From Octopus sinensis (taxonomy: Eukaryota): 64,000 nt of DNA. The notes under the pieces were generated by a model. That model worked only from the letters and a program-made list of their open reading frames with translations, was not told the origin of the DNA and did not search any database. Shown piece after piece: positions 53,324 through 64,000 of this stretch (positions are counted from its first letter, which is position 1; each line of letters opens with the position of its first letter). The stretch lies in the NCBI RefSeq assembly GCF_006345805.1, contig NC_043012.1:44950001-45014000 (forward strand). The letters are read 5' to 3'. Both the position numbers and the translations under genes were made by a program.

Positions 53324-54590
53324 TTAGTGAAATAAGGATTCAGATAATATCAGGTACTTAAAAAGATATGCACCAGGTAAGATTGGATAAACCTGTGGTT
53401 CCGGCCTATGTTTGGTAAGTATTAAATTGGATATTCCGGTTGTGTACGCAAAGAAAACCAACCCTATGATCATTTAGCACCTATGGACTGGTCCAAAGCA
53501 CGCGTTACGTTGTTGGTATACACTAGGGTGCCCGATAAGTCGTAAATCTCTTTGGTGTAGTATAATCAAATGACTAACCGACGATGGATAATTGTCAGCT
53601 CTTTACAGCTGTTTCTTATGCATTTTTAATAGAAGAATGAGAACATTACTCCATTACAAAAAACCGTAATCATCAGATGATATCCCAAGAATACAGCAAG
53701 GACGTGACTGAAGTTTGTCGAGGCAAACAATGAAATGGGAGAATGACCAACAAAGTTGGCCGTTGTGGGTATTTGTGGGTGGAGTCAGGTGAAGAAAATA
53801 GTTTTTACAAGGGTGTATTATTACATTTAAGGTCAGCAACCCTGATGAAATAGGAGTCTGCTAGACTGGTTCTTTGGTAGCCTAGAGTGGGGTGTAGGTG
53901 ATATTTTATTATAATAGGCCTCGAGAAGTGGGTAGCTGGGAAAGGACCGAAGATAAATTAATTGTCGTGTTAAGCATGATTGATTTATCTGATAAAGCGG
54001 AAAGATGTAGGTTGTTGTTTTAGATACGAATATATTATATGGGTTAGTGGAGACTGCTTGTAATATTAGGACATGTTTGCTTGGAGAGGAAAAAAACCTG
54101 GTTGTAATAGTAGAGTACTACTTATCATAACGGAGTTCAAAGAAAAAAGGGGTTATATAATAAACTATACCTAGTACGGATTTAGAGGAAATACCAGATC
54201 CGATATGAAAGAACGCCAGCAGTAGGAAATAGTTTAAGGATGAACAATTTGGAATGTTATATAGGTGGCGTTGGTATTAATTAATTAACAAGCGCAACAC
54301 AAACAACAGTATCTTGGTATAAGGACTACTTAGTGGAATTGGAAAAGAATAGGCTAGGGTATGCAGGCTGCTATTTCTAGGTAAGATGTTTTTGCAATCG
54401 TTATTGCAGAATACTGGGTATACCACAAATAGAATGGTTAATTCCTTCAATACAGCATTTCATGCAAGCATAGTAACAGTGGTAGGACGTAATGATAAAG
54501 AAGAACAAGATTAGAAGGACTCAAAAGAATTCAGCAAATCAATCGACTGCTCGGTCAACAATAGAGGGAGTAAATTAGATTGGCCCTACG

Positions 54591-54989
54591 TTATAGAGGT
54601 TGTTTAATACCCTTAAAATATTTAAAGGTGCGGGTAGCCTTATGTATACAGGAAAGATGAAGAACGAGTTCATTATTTATTAGACGTTCACTATTTGGTC
54701 ACTTTAAAGTTTCAAACAGCTCCATGCCACAAAGCCTGCACCCGTATCTTTTGTTTGAGTACGGTTCAGTGAACCTAATAATGTCCCAACTCAAAACAAA
54801 TTTAACACCGTCGTCCTTGAGCTCTCAAATCTTCGTGGCTAGAGAAATCTTGCTTGACTTATTTCTTAATTTAATCGAAAAATAGTGGTTACATAAGTGC
54901 TCCTTGAGATTTACGGAACAACCGATATAAGTATAAGTATTGGTCTCCGTTACAACATTACATTTGTAAACCACATTTACTGCTAGACA
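54591..54989 (-). pseudogene. Penelope-like element GIY-YIG endonuclease domain (132 codons plus terminal stop, two internal TGA, no frameshift)
   Basis: CLAVNVVYKCNVVTETNTYTYIGCSVNLKEHLCNHYFSIKLRNKSSKISLATKI*ELKDDGVKFVLSWDIIRFTEPYSNKRYGCRLCGMELFETLK*PNSERLINNELVLHLSCIHK. It has the VYxC...YIG motif and the PY..CxLC..E..CxH tail of Penelope endonucleases. Confidence 0.9.
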
Positions 54990-54994
54990 TCAAT

Positions 54995-55062
54995 GTCAAA
55001 ACTGACCGTTGGTTTCGCCCCTATGAAGCACTTACCAGTACAGGCGACTCGTCAGACACAAA
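54995..55062 (-). ncRNA. Hammerhead motif with canonical core, directly 5' of the GIY-YIG relic
   Basis: Core CTGACGA (55055-55049); stem II GTC(G)CCTGT / ATAGGGGC; GAA; stem III ACC-AAC-GGT; GUC triplet (C17 = 55004); stem I pairs poorly. Confidence 0.55.
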
Positions 55063-55159
55063 TGGCCGAAGGCGGAGTCGTCTATACTGCTAAGCGCTTT
55101 ATAGGTGCTAACCACTAAGCCATGCGCCTTCACATAATGCTGTACACTTCGGATATATA

Positions 55160-55482
<323 letters not shown>

Positions 55483-56599
55483 GTCTAAGAGTTTTAAAGA
55501 GTAGTTAAAATTCTTAATATTAAATTTTTGAAAATAAAACCAGTGGATGAAAAGGTGACGGGTTCGAGCATCGGATAAGAGAAAGTGTTGGATGTAATGA
55601 ACTGGCGTGTTCATGTAACATACTTCATAGAGCTTGGTGATGCTGACCGTAGATATTCTAGCATTCCTCCACTCAAGATCAATGTTGGTTCAGTTGAGAT
55701 CTTCCGCTACCTTTTCAAAATCCTTCATGCTGCAGTTCCATGACTTCGCCGTATCCTTGGCAAGGTGACTGAACAGATTCCAAACAATCAAAGGACAACT
55801 CGTAACTATGCAGGGCAATGACATCACACCGAGTGGTATTTTCAAAATACCCGCATATATGAAGCATTCATCTAATATTTTGTAAATTGATGTTTTTGGC
55901 TTATAGGTAAGCTTCTTTTCTTAGGATATCTATATAGAATTTGAGGTATATTGTGAAACTCTGTGAGCGATTACAATATTCTACTAGGAGGCAAGTTTTC
56001 GTTTTCTAAAACAGTTTTACTGAACAAATTCTATCACAACGTTTGTGATAAAATACTTCAGTTTGCTAGTGAAAATATACGTTCCACGTAAAAATGTTGT
56101 AAAGAATTGTTATACTTTTTGTTTGCAAGTCTTATTAATATTTTTATGCGTGTATTCCGAAGTTATATCAATGGAACAGAATTATATTAGTGGAAGTTTG
56201 TTTCCTGTGTTTATCTTACGTTGATACAGAATACTAAAGAAAAATTCTTGACTAGATGTGACAGTAAATGGCGTATCTACCTATGAAGTCTCTATTCACT
56301 ACACATCTACACTATAGACATACTAACTCCTACTAAAATTGTCATGAACTACAAACATTTACTTTACAACCTTACTGTTTACGTCTATCTAAATTCTAAA
56401 TATTATTATATCTTTTAGTTTTGGTCTAAACTTAAGCCGAGACGTGTCTGTTGGAGTGAAACTAACGTATTTACTTATTCCTAATTATATCGAAACTAAT
56501 ATTATCTTTAAGATGTCTAAAATGTAAACCTTTGGCAAAAAAAGTATGTATATATCGGTTAAGAAATATAAAACAAAAAACCAAAGACATTATGAAAGG

Positions 56600-57040
56600 A
56601 TAGCTTGGCATAAATAACAGTTAAAAATACATCACGCCAAGGATTCTCCTGAAAATTAAATCAGAAGCGTCGAAAACTAAATGAAAGCGAAAGAAAGAGC
56701 TGGATAACTAAATGTAAAAATAAAGAGAAAACTGGTAAAAATAAAAGAAAAAAAAAGAAAATATACAAATAAAGAAAAGAGAAGCATAAATGAGAAGAAA
56801 AAGAAAAATCCAATCTTATGAAAAGAAATAAAATACAATAACATTAAGCGAAGATGGAATGAAACGAAAAATGGGTAAAAATAGAAAAAATAAACCAAAT
56901 TAATAAATATATAAATAAAAGAAACAATAGGGAAAAAAAAAGCAAAGTGGAGCAATAAATAAGTAAAGCTAAAAAGAAAGGTATATATAGAATAAAACGA
57001 CAAGGGAGACAATTCTGTCAATGAAACGAAATCAAGTTTA
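56600..57040. repeat. A-rich low-complexity tract
   Basis: Direct reading. Confidence 0.8.
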
Positions 57041-57179
57041 TGCTTTTAATTTTTTGTCAGCCATAAAGCTTGGCTAATCTATTTTGTACTGTTTTCTTGA
57101 GTTTGTAGCCATAAATTTCGCCATACAGCCAATCTGCTATACTATAGTTTTCCATAAAAACCAAGAGGTTGAAGGCTCT

Positions 57180-57202
57180 CTCTCTCTCTCTCTCATTAGC
57201 TC

Positions 57203-57246
<44 letters not shown>

Positions 57247-57316
57247 ATATACATACATATATATATATACATATATATACATATATATATGTACATACAC
57301 ACACAAACATATATAT

Positions 57317-57364
<48 letters not shown>

Positions 57365-57735
57365 TATACATATATTTCCTTACACATCCTATACCCACAC
57401 ATACACACAAGCAAACATATATACACATATATATATATACATATATATACTTACATATCCTATACACATACACACACGCGCACACTTACATCTACACAAA
57501 AATCTTCTTTTTCACATCATAATCGTATGGTCAAAATATATTGCAAACACTGATAAAGTCGATAAATTTTGGTATGAATATATTCTTTATCTAAGAAATC
57601 GATGAATATCCTTTTATCTAAGGAATCTAAGATATATACACACATAAATTTCCCTATTTCTTTACTGTACATTACATAAACCATGACAGTATGGATTGTA
57701 AATACACACACACACACACACACACAACACACACA

Positions 57736-57792
<57 letters not shown>

Positions 57793-57882
57793 GCATACAT
57801 ATGTGTATGTGCGTGTGTGTATGCGTGCGCGTAAATGTATTATACATATGTATGTATAGTGTGTGTGTGTATATGAATTCTG

Positions 57883-57968
<86 letters not shown>

Positions 57969-58080
57969 GCTAGCTATCTATCTATCTATCTATCTATCTA
58001 TTAAATGCATGTAATGTGTGTGTGCCTGCGTGTGTGCGCGCGCGTGTTGTGTGTATGTGTGTGTGTGTGTGTAGAGTGTG
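57180..58080. repeat. Microsatellite field ((CT)n, (TA)n, (CA)n, (TCTA)n, (TG)n)
   Basis: Direct reading. Confidence 0.9.
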
Positions 58081-59221
58081 TGCATGGGCCGATTGAACAT
58101 CTCTGAAACTGAACAATAATGTGTATAGCGGCTTTCGAAACAGTCACCATTAAGTCTTTTGGTTCACGCTTACTGTTAAAACACTTCGACTTTGTAACGT
58201 ACAATTCCTGAATAGTTCCAGTTCGGCATTTATTCCCGAAAGAGTTATAACATCTCCACAGAACGGGTTGTTATAGAAAATTGAGATGAGTGCTATAAAA
58301 TTATAATGTCCAAAGTATTGTAATTATATGTTTATTATAATTGTGTTGGGGAACACGTAAATGACTTTTCAAGATAAAACATGTTTTATAAGCTAAAACT
58401 GTGGAGAATTACTGCTTTAAGCTATACTCTCATATCAATAAGGCAATCTTGGACATGTATATACACATACATAACTCTACATTTTAACGGTGTATACATG
58501 GAAACTCGCTCTTATGAAAATCAGTGGTATTTCAAATTCACGTTCTAGAAATCTTATTGTTCAGACCCAAATAATCCAGATTATAAACGTCATGATCGTA
58601 TATCAGTTGAATCTTTTTTATATTTTTCAATCTAGTAAATAACATGCACATATATTTGTATATATTGTTCAAACATATTCACACAATGACGTTCGCGTGC
58701 ATGTCTATAAACACACACGTACACACACACATTTATTTAATCAAAAACAAAAAAATTAAATAAAAAAGTAACAAAAGTCCTAGGGACGTTCAAAGTTAAT
58801 ATTAATAGGTTGACGCTCAAAACGAAATATAAAGTTAGACAGTAAAAGTGTAACGTTTCGGGTGTACATTCTCCGTCGGGTACAAAGAAAAATGTCTGGC
58901 GAAGTGGTGAAACATAGAAGGAAAAGGTATAAGAAAGCTGGTGAGGACTAAGAAAAAAAATGAACGTCCGTGGGTAACTAACATAGTAGATGTCTGGCTA
59001 AGCAGAAGTATGATACGGCTACATCGTGATAGTAGCAATAATGAGCGATATAGCTAATACGGTAACAACGCTAGAAAATGAAGTCAGAACTGCCATATAT
59101 ATAACTAAATGAAGAGAAAAATCATGAAGATAAAATCAAGATGCCCATTGATGAATCTCTGTATGATTACAAGAAATATTAAATCGAATTATGTGCAAAG
59201 GGAAACAAAGCTATGCCAAGC

Positions 59222-60077
59222 TATACAAATTTTGTATATAAATGTACTGTACACAAAAAGGGTGAACCGAATGTTTACACTGGGATAAAGGTTGATTCAT
59301 TCAAGAATCGTTATCGCAACCATATCACCAGCTTCAAGAAAACCAACAAGAGACATTCAACGTCTTTGCCCGATTGTGTGTGGTGACTTAAGTAAGATAA
59401 AATTAAGTTCGGTCCATCGTAAGGTACACAAAGCCGACTCTACCCTTAGGAATCCTTGTGTCTTCTGTAGACCAAGGTCATTGTTAGAATTTCTGAAACA
59501 CCCTTAAGATGCTTACATGCCTATAAATGCACTTTCCACTATACAGTGGGAACGAATTTGTGTAGGCATAATTCCTCTTAAGGTATAAATGAATTAAATT
59601 TAGCTCTAATTTCCCCATTTTTATAAACACCAAGTAGCTATTTAATTCGCTATGAGAACGTATCTGCGTATGCTTACGTCTTCGTGGATGTCTGCATAAG
59701 CGAGCGTACATGTGGTTTACAACTTACGCGAGGGCGTTTATACATCCATAGCCGTTAATTGTTACATTAAATACTTATTTTTTCTGTATTCGTTTCCGTT
59801 TTGCATCTGTTTTTTTATTATTATTGATTGTAAATTATGCTATATTCTTTAATGTGCTGCTTTTCCCTACACGAACCGAGAAAAGACCTTGCAGAACTGT
59901 CGTTATTTTAACGAGTTATATCTAATTATCACCCGAAGAGACACATCTACACCGTCGAGTGGTCCTAAAGCAGTTGTTATGTATTCCACCCGTGAGGCAT
60001 CGATTCTAGTTGGGTCGAAACAATTCTGGTGATTAATAAATATTCTCGTATCTTCCGTCTTCCGCCTCTCCCATTAA

Positions 60078-60080
<3 letters not shown>
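59222..60080 (+). mobile_element. Penelope-like element 3' part: GIY-YIG relic plus terminal repeat with decayed hammerheads
   Basis: Frame from 59222: YTNFVYKCTVHKKGEPNVYTGIKVDSFKNRYRNHITSFKKTNKRHSTSLPDCVW*LK*DKIKF, then RNPCVFCRPRSLLEF. Hammerhead relics at 59933-59960 and 59986-60029. Confidence 0.85.
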
Positions 60081-60122
<42 letters not shown>

Positions 60123-60233
60123 TATATATATATATATATATATATAATATTTGTGCGTGCGTGTGTATGTGTGTGTGTTTGTACACTCACACGCGAAAAA
60201 AGGGATATATATGTATAAATATACAGATATACA

Positions 60234-60276
<43 letters not shown>

Positions 60277-60439
60277 TAGATAGATAGATAGATAGATAGA
60301 CAGATATATAGATAAGCGTGTGTGTGTGTGAGTATGAGTGTGTACATGCGTTCATACACACAGGCAGACACACACATACACACACACACACAGACATATA
60401 TATATTTGCGTACGCGCCTTGATATAACTTTGTGTTCCC

Positions 60440-60830
60440 TTTGCTTATGATTCGCTTTTATATTTCTTGATGCTTTCCATCCATCTTTTCCTTCTTTCGC
60501 CACTCCTTAATGTTCTCGCAATGCTGTTGTATCTCATTGGTGAGCTCTATCATCTCAGTTTTCTTTCCTTCGCTATTAGTAGGACTTTGTGGGAGGCAAG
60601 GCGATGCTGGATACTTGTGCAGACTATCTCATACGTGATGTTGTCCACGTACGATATACTTAGGGGTTTTCTTCTCAATCCCAATACTCGTTTCGTTATC
60701 TTTATCCCAGCAAAGAGAGTCCACTTCTCACTTATGTATAGAAACTGTAATGTACCAGTGCATTCAGTTTGATTTTGCTTTTTATGGTGATGACCATATT
60801 CCTTCATATTGGTTTAGGTTTAGTTAGTGC
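60440..60830 (-). mobile_element. RTE-clade LINE RT C-terminal relic
   Basis: FLYISEKWTL..RKPLSISYVDNITYEIV..LLIAKERKLR resembles LLYGSETWTL..RRILxISYxDxITNEEV..KxRKLR. Confidence 0.7.
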
Positions 60831-61372
60831 AGTTATTGTCCGTGCGATTTTTACAAAGACTTTAGGAGTTGATTCATAAATAACTGCCTTTGGTTATTTG
60901 AACTGCTGCGCTCTCTCTAGTTTCTGATCTTCTACAGAGATGGTGATTGCGACTGCATAGATGAAATTTGTTACAGGATTGAACTTTTCGGGCACTAATT
61001 TCCATTCAAATTATGCATTTTGAAAATACCGCACATACCCGACTAAATTGTTGATAACTTTCAGCCTTATAACTTAAGGTGTAAGGAGGATAACCCTTTT
61101 ACCTATTTTACTTTTTAATTTTTACTTTTTCGTTTTTGTACCTTCCACGTTTTCTATATGCTCCTTCTCAACTTTTCGCGTTTCTTCTTTCATTCAATTT
61201 TTTAGCTCGTTATGATATGCAATTTCTTTGTGCCTGATGAATATCTTTGAGGCATTTCTCAACATATGAAACCATCAATACACATAAAAACATGTATTGT
61301 GTCTATTAAGTAGTATTTATCTTTCACTAGATGGATTACTTATTTTGTTGGTCTTACCATCACGGAAAAGTA

Positions 61373-61408
<36 letters not shown>

Positions 61409-61428
61409 ATATATATATATATATATAT

Positions 61429-61715
61429 AACAATTGCAGCGTGGAAGGTGTATGTAAACCATTTAAGAAACACACTAAAGCCGTTCGATTCACTTCAACA
61501 TTTAAGTTTAATTTGTCAAAATATTTTCGTCGCTAAAATCCGCGACCTGTTCACTGACAAAAATCCGATGCAGCACGGATTTTTGTCAGTGAACAGGTCG
61601 CGGATTTTAGCGACGAAAATATTTTGACAAATTAAAACTTAAATGTTGAAGTGAATCGAACGGCTTTAGTGTGTTTCTTAAATGGCTTACAAACACCTTC
61701 CACGCTGCAATTGTT
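61429..61715. repeat. 287-bp fold-back palindrome (arms about 139 bp, 8-nt spacer, 2 mismatches and 1 indel)
   Basis: 61429-61567 is the reverse complement of 61576-61715. Confidence 0.97.
61582..61631 (+). ncRNA. Minimal hammerhead motif with G3-C8 core variant (mirror copy on the minus strand at 61512-61561)
   Basis: TTTGTCA | GTGAACA G | GTCGC-GGATTTTA-GCGAC | GAA | AATATT | T | TGACAAA: 7-bp stem I, 5-bp stem II, palindromic stem III. Confidence 0.65.
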
Positions 61716-61905
61716 TTCGTTTCAGCACACGATCTCAGATCAAATCACTTGCTATATATATATATATACAGAGAGAGAGAGAAGAGAAAGATAAATTGAT
61801 CGATAGATATATAAGTTTCAAATGTATAGAAAACGAAAGACAAAGAGCAGGTGAGGGAAAAACTAACAGGTGTATTAGCTTGACGTTCGGGAAAATTCAG
61901 AAGGT

Positions 61906-61941
61906 CTTTGACGTTTCGAGCGTACGCTCTTCAACGGAAAG
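61906..61941 (-). ncRNA. Degenerate Penelope-type minimal hammerhead
   Basis: CTTT | CCGTTGA A | GAGC-GTAC-GCTC | GAA | ACGT | C | AAAG; the core has two mismatches to CTGATGA. Confidence 0.55.
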
Positions 61942-64000
61942 GGATAAGAAGAAAAAAAAGTGAAGAGAGAAAAATGTGGCAGGGTTCATAGTTCCACATG
62001 TTGAATATATATATATATATAGTCGACATGATAGATCGTTAGCCACTACACACATTTTTTCTCTCAATTCTGCGTTCCAGTATGTTGAAATTATGTTTTA
62101 CTCTCGCAATCACTAATCGTCTAATTTTAATTTAGAAATGGTGGAAGAAAGTTTTTCTTTTTTTTCACACACAGACACTCAAGCTTGCACACACACACAC
62201 ATACCATCGAACAATTATACAATTACCACTATAAGAGGGTCACATGACAATATATGTCACGTGCATAGATTGAGTTACGACAACTCAGTCCCACGACGAT
62301 AGTTTTTCTATACCGAAACTTGACAAACAGTTGTTTCTTTGATAACTCTGAAAGCACTTCTCAGCAAAGGCAACTTTAGCTGTTGCTACTGCTATTAGCG
62401 ATACTTTACGTCAGTTGAACAGACTGGATCAAAGTGAAGTGAAGTGTCTCGATCGTCCAGTGTGGGACGATCTTGAGGTCAAATATATGACCTCAAGATC
62501 ACAAAACCAACACCCTAACAACAAGCCTATCATCTTATAATATTTCATTCAACGAGGCTACTTTATTAATTTATTTGTCAGGTTTACATAAATTGCTTCT
62601 CGTTCATATTTTGGTACAAAACAAAGTTTAGGCTTTCCATTTATAAAAGAATAAATTTATGCTGAAAAGTTAATAAATATTCATGAGGAGTATTATTGTT
62701 CCTATAAAAGTGCTTACTTGTGTGTCTGTGTATGTGTATTTGTGGAAGCTTACTATCAGTTCCTTAGCTTTAGAAACCTACATTTGTTTGTCCATTTACG
62801 ATTTCTGTTGCATCACTGAAACCTTTGATCATTACATATACACTGAGAGTTTGAAAAATTAGTGTCTCTTCCTGACACGTCAGGTTGATCACTGTGTATA
62901 CTTTGTATGATCAATAAAGCCTATGGCAAGCAATCACAACAACTACAATTCCAGTAACGTTTTTCAACATCTCGTTGTAAGTGAATATGTTGGCAAGAAA
63001 AACGTAAGCGGTGCTGGAGTCCGTATGAAACATGTTTAGATTGAATACTTGGAATAATTTGGGCGGATTAATGTCTTGAATATTTGGACTGTTCCAGTAA
63101 GTGAGTTGACAGAAACTGAAGAGTGGAACTGGGAATAATTGTGGTATCATTTCTTTTGTAGATTTCAAGTTCAAATCTTGACAGCAGCCAACAGGTAAAT
63201 ACATGCTGCGGCGTATTTAATTGATTATGAGATTTACCATGTAATTTTTTAAAATAAAAAAATAATCAATATTCAGTGATAAACTTGATGGTTCAATGTC
63301 CTGATAATTGCAGTTCTTCAAAAATATTAAAAATAAAATTTAAAATAATGTTTCGTATGAATTTCTGAGCTACAGACTGAGTAAAAGAGAAAAGAAAGAA
63401 GAGGAATGTAGTGAGTTGGTGTGGTGGGAGCTGTTTTAGATTTAGCAGAGTAGAGGCCATGGCACTTGTATTATAGGTGGTAGTGTGAAGACTAGTTCAG
63501 CTCAAACAGAAATAAATTCTAATTTAATATCTAACTTATAATCTATAATCATTTCAAGTACAAACTTCTCTTATTAACCAATCTAAAGATCTAAATTTGT
63601 AAGTTCACTTCAAAACCTAGATAAAAACGTCGACATCAAGAGCAAAATATATGCGAAATCACATTTTATGGGCTAATTTTCTTACTGAGTCCAACGACGT
63701 CTTCATATACGCGTGAATATAGAAACCACACATGTAAATAATCATAGAGATAAGTCAGAGACATGTAATTGAAATAATGTGTTAGTCTCGGAAACGTATA
63801 TCTGTTTATGTATAATCTTGCTCACGGTGGAACGCATTCAAAGTAAGCAAAAGCTAAAGTTGACCAAAAACTAGATTGCTATCTAGAAACTGCTCTGGAA
63901 AATATCGAAGAATATGACAACTTTTAGCTAAGACATTCTTGGAACAATGCCATCCGGATGATAAGGTGATACTGGGGCGCTGTGGAAAAAATGTGTCTTG

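Overview
This is AT-rich, microsatellite-saturated animal DNA. The repeat style (tRNA-headed SINEs with internal TA/TG/TCTA arrays, plus Dong/R4, CR1-group, Tx1, RTE, Penelope and Tc1/maT relics) suggests an octopus intron or intergenic region; the organism is an inference. I find no intact host protein-coding gene, and most ORF-track entries are microsatellite artefacts. Recognisable coding relics: a 5'-truncated CR1/L2-group LINE (19.2-22.1 kb), an internally deleted L1/Tx1 element (34.4-36.0 kb), Tc1 and maT transposases (28.8, 33.6, 37.3, 43.9 kb), two RLE-type (Dong/R4-like) 3' ends (44.9, 49.2 kb), RTE fragments, and two Penelope GIY-YIG endonuclease relics that the ORF track misses (54.6 and 59.2 kb). 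The main unexplained signal is a dense set of about a dozen minimal type I hammerhead-ribozyme motifs tied to Penelope-like termini. One has an intact canonical core (14586-14675). Two have the conserved C3-G8 core pair swapped compensatorily (G3-C8 at 61.5 kb, U3-A8 at 48.15 kb), and both sit next to the apex of fold-back palindromes. One is carried inside a tRNA-headed SINE (36.85-37.3 kb). Also notable: a SINE/LINE shared 3' stem-loop with covariation, SINE dimers and trimers with a fixed junction, and a TAA-targeted retroelement nest. All folds and alignments were done by eye, and element boundaries are approximate unless TIR/TSD coordinates are given.
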